From contig CAACVY010000001.1 in assembly GCA_900661335.1 (NCBI GenBank), forward strand, positions 1-59,378: a DNA stretch of 59,378 nt, in the 5' to 3' direction. A program made the position numbers and the translations under genes. Source of the stretch: an uncultured bacterium (GTDB taxonomy: Bacteria > Verrucomicrobiota > Kiritimatiellia > PWTM01). The notes below the pieces were generated by a model, which saw only the letters and a program-made list of their open reading frames with translations, was not told the DNA's origin and ran no database searches. This document shows, piece after piece, positions 38,163-47,787 of the stretch (positions are counted from its first letter, which is position 1; each line of letters opens with the position of its first letter).

Positions 38163-40697
38163 TTACGATGGGGTTTCCAAAGGGTTCGCTCGACGGCGCA
38201 GAAGCCAGATCAGCCATGCCACGAGCCACATGCCGCGACCAGCCAACGCAATGTAGAACGGCCCACGCGAGGGGCGGTACTCCCATTCGACCTGGTGAGT
38301 GCCTGCGGGCACCCGGAGGGCCTGAAACAACGCATCCGCCACGTGCAGCGTGGCAGGGCGGCCGTCGACACGGACGATCCAATCTGGATCGTACTTGGTC
38401 GCGCGGACCAGCCAGCCGTCCGCGGAGAGCCGGACCTCGGCTTTTATGAGAGCTGGCTCGTCGTGAACAATCCGGATCTCGTGATCGAGCGATTGTTCAA
38501 CGGCCGCGGAGTCGGCTCCCTGGAGTACGGATTCCGCAAGGGGATCGAAATTGGGAGCACTGATGCGATCCAGGGCTTGGCGTTGGCCCTCGGCCGTCGC
38601 CGGGACGGGAGTGACCACGCGAGGAACGAACAGGCGTGGGCGGGCACCGTCAAACGCGACGATCCGGACGAGTTGTTGGTCCGCTGGCACATCACTGCTC
38701 GGCACGATCGCGCCGGCTTGTTGAACCAAACCTAGTTTCGCGACCTCCCGGAACCGGCCGCGGTTGCCGTCCATCCGGTCCAGCTGCTCCGCGGCCCCGG
38801 GCACGGTGACAAAGAACCGGACGGCCCCCAGACTCCACATGCGAAGCTGGTCACGGATATGTTGGAAGAACCCTGCGTAATCGGATGGCAATCGAGATAC
38901 GCTGACTGGATCGAAGAGATCACAGCCCGACACCTGAAGGTAGGACATGCGCAAGAGGTTGAACACCGACTGCAAGCCGGGGTGCTCCGGTGGAAGGAGC
39001 TTGAACCGCCCCTCACTGCGGTGGTGAGCGACGAATTCCGTGAGCGGGTTAGGCTCTAGAATGTGGCGGTACTCGCGGCCGGAGGCGTATCGTCGGTTGA
39101 CCCACCCCAGTTGTACCAATGCCAAGACCGCGAGCCATGCAATCGCCCAGCGGTTGGCTCGCGAGGGATCCGCCCACGGCCGGCGGCGGTGGATCCAGCT
39201 CAGCCCGCCGATCGCCAATCCACTGAGAAGGACCACGCTAAGCGATGAAGCGACGGCCGTGCGCCAGGCCGCCATGGCTTGTTCGGATGTGAATTCTTCG
39301 CTCATTCGGGCTGCGAGAAACGCTTCGCGACCACTGAGTAACTCGAGCAGCAAAAACAGTCCAACCGCTCCGAGCCCGATGCACACGACAACAAACGGTT
39401 CCCTCAGGAACCCGAAGCCAAAGCTCGCTCGGACTGGTTCGGGCGTGCGGTGCGCGATGCGTTCAATGCCCTCGGCCATCGCCGGCAGCGCGAACAACAA
39501 ACCGGGCATCCACCACTTTTCCGGGTTACGAATCGTCCCGAGGTACGGGAGTGAAAATACCAGCCGATAAAACGGCGTGTACCGCCCCCATGCGAGCACC
39601 AAGCAGACTGCGCAGCCGACAAGCGAAATCCACAGCCAACGGCGCCGACGGTTCGATGGATAGCCGCGAAGGCTCCACCAACCGGCCAGTACCCATACTA
39701 CGGGGATGAGCCCCAAGTAGTGGCCGGTCAACGAAAAATTTCGGAAGCCGCGGCGATGGACTTCCCAGCCAGGCGTGCGACCGATTCGGCCCCAATAGGG
39801 CGCGGTTTCGGACCTCATACTCAATCCGAAGTAAGGGCCAGAAACCAACGTCCAGGTCTCGTTTGGAGGCAAGCTCCACTGCGTCGCCCAGTTGTATCGC
39901 TCGGCTGGATCGTCGGCCATGCCACTTTGCACGCCGGCGATTTGCGTACGGAACATGACGTGGACCGTTTGCCATGCCAGTAAAAAGCTCGCCGCCACGA
40001 GTGCAAGACCCCGGCCGGCTAGACCGACCCATTCGCGCACGTTCGCTCGGTCCGGCCAATGACGGGCGAGGAATATCGCAGCGATGGTGAGCGCAAAAAA
40101 CACGCCAATGTCCGGCACCTCGGCGATCGCCATCCCCAGGCAGCCACCAGCCAAGGCGTACGGTAAAATCGCGCGGTCTTGAATGCCGCGTTCCAAAAAC
40201 CCCACCGCCAATGCGGCGAAGCCCAACGCGGCCGCGCGGACCGTGAGGCCCAATACCGCAAAGCTAAAGCAACTTCCGCTCAGGGCTGTGACGACGCCTG
40301 TGAGTGCAGATGCCAATGGGGAAAATCCCAGCTGGCGCAGCGCCCAATAGATCGCTCCAGCGACGAGGGCCAACAGCACTACCACGAACTCGCGACGGTA
40401 ATGGTGAGGGCCGAACAGCGACTCGCCGAGGCTGGCGGTGGAAATCGCGAATTGCTGTCCCCCTTGGCCAAAGAAGAACTGGTTGTCCCAGACTCGCAGC
40501 ATGGCGGCAGGACATCGGTACGTCGGACTCAACGCGGATTCGATGTTTCCGTCGTTGAAGTCCAGCACCCACGAGGGGCGCAGCAACACGTGGGCCATGG
40601 ACACTGCTGCGAGTAGCGCGGTGGCGATCACGGCACCGGCGGCCCAGGTCCAAGCCCTGCAGGGCACGGACGAATGGTCGGGGGACATTCGGCTCAT
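38163..40697 (-). CDS. YfhO-like multi-pass membrane protein (putative GT-C glycosyltransferase)
   Basis: More than 10 hydrophobic segments, ATQWSLP, YWGR and RNPEK motifs, and C-terminal YDPDWIVRVDG...VPAGTHQVEWEY. GAGGA SD before 40697. Confidence 0.72.
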   Translation of the reverse strand: MSRMSPDHSSVPCRAWTWAAGAVIATALLAAVSMAHVLLRPSWVLDFNDGNIESALSPTYRCPAAMLRVWDNQFFFGQGGQQFAISTASLGESLFGPHHYRREFVVVLLALVAGAIYWALRQLGFSPLASALTGVVTALSGSCFSFAVLGLTVRAAALGFAALAVGFLERGIQDRAILPYALAGGCLGMAIAEVPDIGVFFALTIAAIFLARHWPDRANVREWVGLAGRGLALVAASFLLAWQTVHVMFRTQIAGVQSGMADDPAERYNWATQWSLPPNETWTLVSGPYFGLSMRSETAPYWGRIGRTPGWEVHRRGFRNFSLTGHYLGLIPVVWVLAGWWSLRGYPSNRRRRWLWISLVGCAVCLVLAWGRYTPFYRLVFSLPYLGTIRNPEKWWMPGLLFALPAMAEGIERIAHRTPEPVRASFGFGFLREPFVVVCIGLGAVGLFLLLELLSGREAFLAARMSEEFTSEQAMAAWRTAVASSLSVVLLSGLAIGGLSWIHRRRPWADPSRANRWAIAWLAVLALVQLGWVNRRYASGREYRHILEPNPLTEFVAHHRSEGRFKLLPPEHPGLQSVFNLLRMSYLQVSGCDLFDPVSVSRLPSDYAGFFQHIRDQLRMWSLGAVRFFVTVPGAAEQLDRMDGNRGRFREVAKLGLVQQAGAIVPSSDVPADQQLVRIVAFDGARPRLFVPRVVTPVPATAEGQRQALDRISAPNFDPLAESVLQGADSAAVEQSLDHEIRIVHDEPALIKAEVRLSADGWLVRATKYDPDWIVRVDGRPATLHVADALFQALRVPAGTHQVEWEYRPSRGPFYIALAGRGMWLVAWLIWLLRRRANPLETPS

Positions 40698-41332
40698 AGG
40701 ACAGTTCCTCGAATCCTGCGATGCTAGCATGGTGCCACGAACAGCGCGATCGGGTCGCTGAGCGCATTCGATTGATTCCGTGTTCTGAGGGCAACAGCAT
40801 CCCAGCATGACGACGGCTGTCTTCTGGTGAGACTGGGTGCCGATGTGCCGCGAGGTGGGCGGGTCCACTGCGACGTTGTGGGGCATCGACTCGATTCGAG
40901 CCCAAGGTCCACACTTGACCCCAACCGCATGCCACACCGGAACGAAGTTTCTGGAAAAACGCCGCGTTCCGTGGAACGTGAACGACTACAAAGTTCCCAA
41001 GCGGCCCCAGTCAGCGAGGGTCCACGCTACCGCGTCCGTTGCCGTGGCGGTCGCCTGACGCCCAGCCTTGCTTTGGCCACTCTGTGAGCGGGGAGCTTCG
41101 CGGCTTCAGTTTCGCGGAGCGGTGGTGTTTTGGCGAGAGATTGCGGCGGCTGTGGCGGGTAGGGCAGCTCCGGGCTTTGACGGCCGGAGGTATCGCTGCG
41201 CGACGAGCGTTCCGCGAACGAATTGCATGTCCGGTGTCGAGCAAGTATATTTTTGTTATATCTGGTCAGGCCGGTGTCCGTCCGCGAGAGCGGATGCACG
41301 GCAACGACCTCTAGAAGCAGGAGTGGATTCCC

Positions 41333-42565
41333 ATGGCGACGAAACGGAGTGTGAACACTTTAGTAGGCAACATGGTCATTGCACAGAGTGGGGGCCCGAC
41401 GGCGGTGATTAACCAGAGCCTGGTCGGGGCCATTCTGGAGGCGAAGAAGCATCCGGAGATCCGGAAGATCTACGGGTCGCTTCACGGCTTGAAAGGGTTG
41501 TTGGAGGAACGCTTGTGCGATCTTCGGAAAGAAACGCCAGCCAACCTGGAGCTTGTGGCTCGAACGCCATCGGCGGCGTTGGGCTCGGTCCGAAAGAAAC
41601 CCACGCCTGAAGAGTGTGCCCAAATCTTCCAGGTGCTCCAGAAGTACGACATTCGCTACTTCTTCTACATCGGCGGCAACGACAGCGCGGAAACGACCCA
41701 CATCATCAACGAGGAGGCGCGCAAGGCTGGCTTCCCAATACGGTGCTTCCACATCTGCAAGACGATCGACAACGACCTGCGCGAAAACGATCACACGCCC
41801 GGATACGGCAGCGCGGCGAAGTTCGTCGCCCAGGCGTTCATGGGGGACAACCTCGACAACCGCTCGCTGCCTGGTGTGAAAATCAATGTCGTAATGGGCC
41901 GCCACGCGGGATTTTTGACGGCGGCGTCGGCCTTGGCGCGAGTTTGGCCGGATGACGGACCGCACTTGATCTATTTGCCTGAGCGGCCGTTCTCCATGGA
42001 GAAATTCGTGTTAGACGTGCAAGAGGTGTACGCCAAGTACGGCCGCTGTGTGGTGGCCGTGTCGGAAGGCATCGCGGATGAGCACGGCGAGCCGATCGCA
42101 AGCAAGTTCATCAAGGAAACGGACTCCCACGGCAACGTGCAGTTGAGCGGCTCTGGCGCGCTCGGGGACCTGCTCGCTCGCGAGGTCAAAGAAAAGGCGA
42201 AGATCTCGCGGGTTCGGGCGGACACGTTCGGGTATCTGCAGCGGTCCTTCGTGGGTGTCGTTTCCGAAGTGGATGCTCGGGAGGCTCGCCAGGTGGGTGT
42301 GATGGCCATTCGGTTCGCTACGCGTGGGGATGTCACCAGTGGCAGCACCGCGATTCGGCGAGCACCAGGACGGGCGTACAAGATTTCGATCGAATGCGTA
42401 GAGCTGTCCAAGGTGGCGAAAGAAACCCGTCACATGCCCGACGAGTTCATTGCGCCCTCTGGGCACGACGTGACCCAAGCGTTCCTAGAGTATGTCCGGC
42501 CAATCGTGGGCGAGCTCCCGAAGATCGGTCGCCTGAAGATGGTTCCGGTTCCGAAAAAGGATTGA
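41333..42565 (+). CDS. pfp: 6-phosphofructokinase, probably PPi-dependent
   Basis: AQSGGPTAVIN, IGGNDS, KTIDND and VMGRHAG. Asp in GGND and Lys in KTIDND are the PPi-type signature. Confidence 0.85.
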   Translation: MATKRSVNTLVGNMVIAQSGGPTAVINQSLVGAILEAKKHPEIRKIYGSLHGLKGLLEERLCDLRKETPANLELVARTPSAALGSVRKKPTPEECAQIFQVLQKYDIRYFFYIGGNDSAETTHIINEEARKAGFPIRCFHICKTIDNDLRENDHTPGYGSAAKFVAQAFMGDNLDNRSLPGVKINVVMGRHAGFLTAASALARVWPDDGPHLIYLPERPFSMEKFVLDVQEVYAKYGRCVVAVSEGIADEHGEPIASKFIKETDSHGNVQLSGSGALGDLLAREVKEKAKISRVRADTFGYLQRSFVGVVSEVDAREARQVGVMAIRFATRGDVTSGSTAIRRAPGRAYKISIECVELSKVAKETRHMPDEFIAPSGHDVTQAFLEYVRPIVGELPKIGRLKMVPVPKKD

Positions 42566-42628
42566 GCCACCTGATTTCGAGGGTTCGGGGTTGCACCCAT
42601 CGTGGGTGAACGGCCCTCGGCTACTTGG

Positions 42629-42988
42629 ATGAACCGGCACGTTGTCATCACCGTCATTCTGTTGATTTGCAGCAACGTCTTCATGACGTTTGCGTGGTAC
42701 GCTCACCTTCGCAATTTGTCCGACCGGCCGTGGTTCATCGCGGCGCTGGCGAGCTGGGGGATTGCATTGTTCGAGTACATGCTGCAAGTCCCAGCCAACC
42801 GTATCGGACACCAGGTTCTCAGCGTGCCTCAGCTCAAAATCTTGCAGGAAGCGATCACGCTGACGGTCTTCGTGCCGTTCTCGGTGCTGTATCTGCGGGA
42901 ACCGGTGCGGAGCGACTACGTCTGGGCGGCGTTGTGCGTGATGGGTGCGGTCTTCTTCGTATTTCGGGCCAAACTGATGGGCTCATGA
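42629..42988 (+). CDS. DMT-family small membrane protein (DUF486-like)
   Basis: SNVFMTFAWYAHL, SWGIALFEY, QVPANRIG and QLKILQE motifs, with four TM helices. Confidence 0.85.
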   Translation: MNRHVVITVILLICSNVFMTFAWYAHLRNLSDRPWFIAALASWGIALFEYMLQVPANRIGHQVLSVPQLKILQEAITLTVFVPFSVLYLREPVRSDYVWAALCVMGAVFFVFRAKLMGS

Positions 42989-43013
42989 CTCCATCCGCCC
43001 GGCGGTCGGTACG

Positions 43014-43484
43014 ATGAGCGAACCGCGAGCACAGGGTAGCTCGATCCCTTGGCGGCAGATCCAACCGCTTCCAGCCCGTGCGTTGGCACTGGCGGCGTGG
43101 GTGTTCTCGCGTCAAAAGGACGGAGAGCACAAATTCGCCCACTCGTGGCGCGTGATGCGACGAGTTCGGGGGCCGATGCTCCGTGCGGCGGCGGCACTCC
43201 ACGACGTGGTGGAAAGCGGGGGGTGCACGCTGGAAGACTTGTGCGCAGCGGGTTTTCCTGACCGTGTTGTGCAGTGGGTGGACTTACTTTCGAAGCGCCC
43301 GGGCGAAGAGTACCTTGCCTATATTCGCCGCCTGGCCGTTTCGAAAGCGGCACGAACGATCAAGCTAGCCGACTTGGCCGATAACATGGTCCACAAAGGT
43401 CGCACCGACCCGGATCGCCGAGCTCGCTACATGACTGCCTTGGCGTGGTTGCGGCCCCGACGGCCTCGCAAGCTGTCCGCATAA
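43014..43484 (+). CDS. HD-domain protein, small alarmone hydrolase (SAH/Mesh1)-like
   Basis: H...AAALHDVVE, LLSK...EEYLAYIRR and IKLADLADN. Confidence 0.7.
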   Translation: MSEPRAQGSSIPWRQIQPLPARALALAAWVFSRQKDGEHKFAHSWRVMRRVRGPMLRAAAALHDVVESGGCTLEDLCAAGFPDRVVQWVDLLSKRPGEEYLAYIRRLAVSKAARTIKLADLADNMVHKGRTDPDRRARYMTALAWLRPRRPRKLSA

Positions 43485-43797
43485 CTTCCTCGCAGGCTAG
43501 TCCGTCGGAAGTCAGGTGTCGGAGGCACTAGGACGCGCCCATGGTGGGCCACGCCTGCACCCGTGGCGTTTCCCCCAAGCGCTGTCGAGTGAGTCATTTC
43601 CGGTGTTTTGCCTTCAAAATCGAAAGGATCTGCGCGGTTCCAGATTGATCTTGGCCGCCGTACCTGTTGAGTCCCATCGTGCGGCGGTGGCCGAAGTCGT
43701 GTCGTGGAAGGGAAAGCCCGTCACTTCGTACGCCCACGTGGAAATTCGTCAACGCACTCCATGACCCGCCACAGAGCAAAGGTGAGGTGGCGTGGCT

Positions 43798-45057
43798 CTA
43801 AGCTGAGGCGTCCCGCGCAGTTGTGGTACGAACCTCGGCCATAAGAAGGCCGAACGCGATCGCGAGCAAATTCAGTCCAATGTCCGGCATCCGTGGTCGG
43901 CGCGTGAACGTGAGCCATTGCAACGACTCCGCCCAACATGCCACAATGAGGAATCCCAATGCGATCCAACCCCAATGGCATCCGCACGCACGAACTTGTC
44001 GAAGACGAAATCCAAAACTCCGTTGCGCGAGCCACGCAAACACCGCGAACACGGCGAGATGGCCGGTTTTGTGCAAGTCGATTCGCGCGATGGACCGACG
44101 AACACGCGCCGCTATTTGGTGTGCGAGGGTGGGTACTTGGGTTGTTTTCTGCGCCGGCGGTGGGGGAGAAGGGGACGCAGCGGCTTCGCTCGCTGAAGGT
44201 AGGACCGGCTTGGCAGACACAGCCTGCTGGGGGCCTTGGGAAACACCTGAGACTGAGGGCTCCGGTACGTTGGCCCATTGCTGCAGGTGGTGTTGGAACC
44301 GTGCGATGGCGGAGTCGGGCACCCACATCCCTACCCAAATCAGTGCAGTCCATGCCGCCAACGCCCATCCACCTCGTCGAGTGCCCAACCGCAGGCATCG
44401 AAAGCTGTGAACGGCCAGCGCAACCCAAAGCAGCGCCCAGGCCGCAAAGACCCATGTGGTAGCCGGGTGCTGCACCGCGCGGACCGCTTCGAAGCGGGAG
44501 CACTCCAGCGTGCCTCCCTCCCCTTGATGGGCGAGGGCGAAGGTCCAGGACTCTGCGTCGGGAGGCGGGTGAAAGCGATGCTCGAATGCATGCCACCCTC
44601 GCGTGCCGGTGAGTTCGGCGGCCGTATGCGGCAGATCCCATCGGGCACGTCCGTCGCGGTCACGCACGAAGAAGAGCGCCCGTGCGACTAAATATGGGTA
44701 CTCACCGGGTTGAATTCTCTCGCCCCGCCAGGATCCGCGAACGACGATGGCTTCCGCCGGTTGAGGATTGGTGATCACGTACCGCAAGATCGGGTGACAG
44801 GTGGGGGACGCCGCCAGGCGAACGACTGGAGATGTCGAGGTGCGAACCCACTCGACGCCCGGGTCGTGGACTCCCATCCATGCGGCGTGGATCCCATTCG
44901 ATGGAATCGCGTCGTCGGGTGCCCAGGGTGGGAGCAAATTCTGGCCGACGTCCCGGTACAGAGGCCACGAGAGAAAAAAGGTCCACATGGCCACCAGCGA
45001 GGCGATCACTGGGGCCACGATTCGCGCGGCAGTTGGATGTTCGACATTCTGGTTCAC
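43798..45057 (-). CDS. Membrane protein with an extracytoplasmic domain and a C-terminal VanZ-like domain
   Basis: N-terminal TM helix, beta-rich soluble region, and KTGHLAVF...ESLQ...R...DIGLN VanZ pattern. Confidence 0.7.
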   Translation of the reverse strand: MNQNVEHPTAARIVAPVIASLVAMWTFFLSWPLYRDVGQNLLPPWAPDDAIPSNGIHAAWMGVHDPGVEWVRTSTSPVVRLAASPTCHPILRYVITNPQPAEAIVVRGSWRGERIQPGEYPYLVARALFFVRDRDGRARWDLPHTAAELTGTRGWHAFEHRFHPPPDAESWTFALAHQGEGGTLECSRFEAVRAVQHPATTWVFAAWALLWVALAVHSFRCLRLGTRRGGWALAAWTALIWVGMWVPDSAIARFQHHLQQWANVPEPSVSGVSQGPQQAVSAKPVLPSASEAAASPSPPPPAQKTTQVPTLAHQIAARVRRSIARIDLHKTGHLAVFAVFAWLAQRSFGFRLRQVRACGCHWGWIALGFLIVACWAESLQWLTFTRRPRMPDIGLNLLAIAFGLLMAEVRTTTARDASA

Positions 45058-45068
45058 GCGGCAGAGCC

Positions 45069-46127
45069 CTACGGGAACAGCGGAAGGCGGATCTCACGAC
45101 CTTCCTGCATGCTTCGCCAAACTGCCTCGGTGAACTCCATGTAACGGACGCCATCCTCGAACGTAGTGAGGCGCACGGGCTGTTCGCCGCGGATGGCGGC
45201 CACGAAGTCCGCTTCGACTCGCCACTCACCACGTTCATGTGGTGGGATCTCTAGACGGGCAAGGCCTGCATCGCCTCGTCGCCCCATCCACAGTTGGCCG
45301 TCACGGAACACCAGCACGGCAAGATCCCCGTACAGCCACGTGCCGGCACCTTCTTGGAACGCGGTGACGGTACTCTGTTGGATGTGGAGTAGGGCGCCCC
45401 CGGCCAATTCCGCGAGGACGTCGAGGTGATCGGGGATGCGCACGGCGCCCAGCGAGCCGTCCTCACGCCGGCGATAGGGGACGAAGACGCGGCCCATGGC
45501 CATGACCCGAGTGGCCTCGCCAACCCAGCGCAAAATCATTTCGTAGACCACGCCGAGCATCTGGATGTTGAAGCCGTTGAGTGCAATGTCTTGGCGCCAG
45601 TGCAACGGCTGATCAGGGTCCAAGAACCCCCGCGGCTCACGGTGTTCGATGTAGCGGAGCGTGCCCAGCTGTCCCTCCGCGAGCAAGCGGCGAACCGTCA
45701 GATCCACGCCCAAGCTGAACGGCGAGGGAACGATTTGGGCCACCAAGTGAGGACGACGCCGTGCCGCCTCCCACATGGCTCGGGCCTCGGCGGCGTTCAT
45801 GGCCATGCGGGCCTCGGTCAATACGTGCTTGCCGCATTCAAGCGCGGCGATTGTGATGGGCGCGTGAAGATATGGCCAGGTGCCGATCACGATCGCGTTG
45901 GTCTCCGGATCTTCCACCGCTTCGCGCCAGTGACGGTAAATCCGGGGGATCCCAAATTGTTCCGCGACGCGTCGCGAGGACGCCTCGGTTCGGTTAACAA
46001 CGCCGACAATGCGGACCCCGGGCAATGCTTGCAACCCGGGGATGTGACGCAGACAGGTGTTGGCGCCGGCGCCGACGATGCCCACTCGGATGTCGAGATT
46101 CGAAGTGTTCATGGTGGCTTCGCTCAT
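45069..46127 (-). CDS. Gfo/Idh/MocA family oxidoreductase
   Basis: VGIVGAG, IGTWPYLH and GKHVLTEARMA (EKP variant). ATGA overlap with gcvPA. Confidence 0.9.
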   Translation of the reverse strand: MSEATMNTSNLDIRVGIVGAGANTCLRHIPGLQALPGVRIVGVVNRTEASSRRVAEQFGIPRIYRHWREAVEDPETNAIVIGTWPYLHAPITIAALECGKHVLTEARMAMNAAEARAMWEAARRRPHLVAQIVPSPFSLGVDLTVRRLLAEGQLGTLRYIEHREPRGFLDPDQPLHWRQDIALNGFNIQMLGVVYEMILRWVGEATRVMAMGRVFVPYRRREDGSLGAVRIPDHLDVLAELAGGALLHIQQSTVTAFQEGAGTWLYGDLAVLVFRDGQLWMGRRGDAGLARLEIPPHERGEWRVEADFVAAIRGEQPVRLTTFEDGVRYMEFTEAVWRSMQEGREIRLPLFP

Positions 46128-47461
46128 GTAAGTGCGGATTCCAGGCGTGCGGCCAAAATCTCGATTTCCTCTTTGGTCCGCTTCTCGGTAAAAGCGAGCA
46201 ACAGCACGCGATCCATATCGCGGTAGTAGCGGCTCACAGGAAATCCTGCTGCGATGCCGTGATCCAGGAGGCGCCCCACGACCTCTGAAGCGTCGCGCGG
46301 CAACACCAGTGCGAACTCGTTGAAAAAGGGCCGCTCGAAGGCGCGCCGAACGCCAGGGATTCGGGTGAGTCGCTGCAGGGCATACGTCGCATTGGCGGCG
46401 CAGGTTCGTGCCAGCTCGACGAAGCCTTCACGGCCAAGGAGGCACAAGAAGATCAACGCCCGCAGGGCGCACAGCGCTTCGTTGGTGCAAATGTTGGACG
46501 TCGCCTTCTCGCGACGTATATGCTGCTCGCGGGCCTGGAGAGTCAGGACGAATCCTCGTCTGCCTCGCTTGTCCTGAGTGACCCCGACGACGCGCCCCGG
46601 CATTTGACGCACATGCGCTCGTCGCGTCGCCATGAAGCCGAGGTAGGGCCCGCCGAACGACAGCGGCAGCCCGAGGCTTTGTCCCTCGCCGGTGGCGATG
46701 TCCATGCCCATGTCGCCCGGGGGTTTCAACAGCGCCAACGAGATCGGATACACCGAGAGGATAGCCAGCGCTCCTGCGCGGTGGGCCGCGTCCGCCAGGT
46801 CGGAATAGTCGTCCACACATCCGAAAAAGTTCGGGTTTTGTAGGACCAACACGGCGGTGTGTTCGTCCAACCTGGAGCGTATGGCTTCGCGGTCAGTTCC
46901 GCCATTGCGCAGCGGGATTTCCTCGTACTCGATCTGCAGGTTCCGAGTATACGAACGCAGCATCGTCCGGTAGATCGGATTGACCCCTTCGTCCACGAGC
47001 ACGCGCGGCCGCTCGGTGATCCGCAGCCCCATCATGACAGCTTCGAAGAGGGCAGTACCGCCGTCATAGAGCGAGGCATTGGCCACGTCCATTTGGGTCA
47101 GGCGGGCGATCATCGTTTGATACTCGAAGATGGCCTGTAAGGTGCCCTGCGAGGCCTCGGGCTGGTACGGCGTGTAGGCTGTGAAAAACTCGCCGCGGGA
47201 GGCCAGGGCGTCCACGGCGGATGGGATGAAATGGTCGTAGAACCCGCCGCCGCAGAAGTTGACCAACTGAGCAGAATTGCGCGCGGCGAGCGCCCGAATT
47301 TCGCGGAGCATCTCCATCTCCGAGAGGCCAGGGGGGAGTCGAAAGTCATCCGTCTGCCATTCGGCCGGAATGTCGGCAAAGAGGTCGTCTACGCTCCGGG
47401 CGCCCACCGCGCTCAGCATGCGCTGGATGTCATCCGAAGACGCTGAGGTGAAATTAGTCAT
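46124..47461 (-). CDS. gcvPA: Glycine dehydrogenase (decarboxylating) subunit 1
   Basis: TAYTPYQPEASQGTLQAIFEYQ, NASLYDG, GEGQSLG and REQHIRREKATSNICTN. Confidence 0.95.
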   Translation of the reverse strand: MTNFTSASSDDIQRMLSAVGARSVDDLFADIPAEWQTDDFRLPPGLSEMEMLREIRALAARNSAQLVNFCGGGFYDHFIPSAVDALASRGEFFTAYTPYQPEASQGTLQAIFEYQTMIARLTQMDVANASLYDGGTALFEAVMMGLRITERPRVLVDEGVNPIYRTMLRSYTRNLQIEYEEIPLRNGGTDREAIRSRLDEHTAVLVLQNPNFFGCVDDYSDLADAAHRAGALAILSVYPISLALLKPPGDMGMDIATGEGQSLGLPLSFGGPYLGFMATRRAHVRQMPGRVVGVTQDKRGRRGFVLTLQAREQHIRREKATSNICTNEALCALRALIFLCLLGREGFVELARTCAANATYALQRLTRIPGVRRAFERPFFNEFALVLPRDASEVVGRLLDHGIAAGFPVSRYYRDMDRVLLLAFTEKRTKEEIEILAARLESALT

Positions 47462-47787
47462 GTCGATCCCTTTCTCGCCATGAATGTGCGTCATGATGAC
47501 GCGGTCCGCTAGTCGTTGCAACGATGAACGAGGGAAGGCCCGGTGAGGTGGGTCGGGAGGGGCCGTGGAGACCGCGGGCATTTCGCGACATACGCGGCGG
47601 GATTGAGTTCGATGTTCCATCCTTGCGACCGAGATGCTGCGTGAGAATGCAACGGCCGCCGAATCGGTTTTGCGTATGGAGTCGGGACCACAGTGCCAGC
47701 GCTTTGGCCTCAGTTGAGCCAGTCCGCACTGGCTGCCCCTTCGCTCAGCCAGGGTGAACCACCAGCGCGCGTGAGCCCCGCGGCCGG

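Noticed and set aside
47462-47787. Glycine riboswitch upstream of gcvPA
   Set aside because: No GGAGA...CCGAAG...CUCUCAGG core found on the minus strand.
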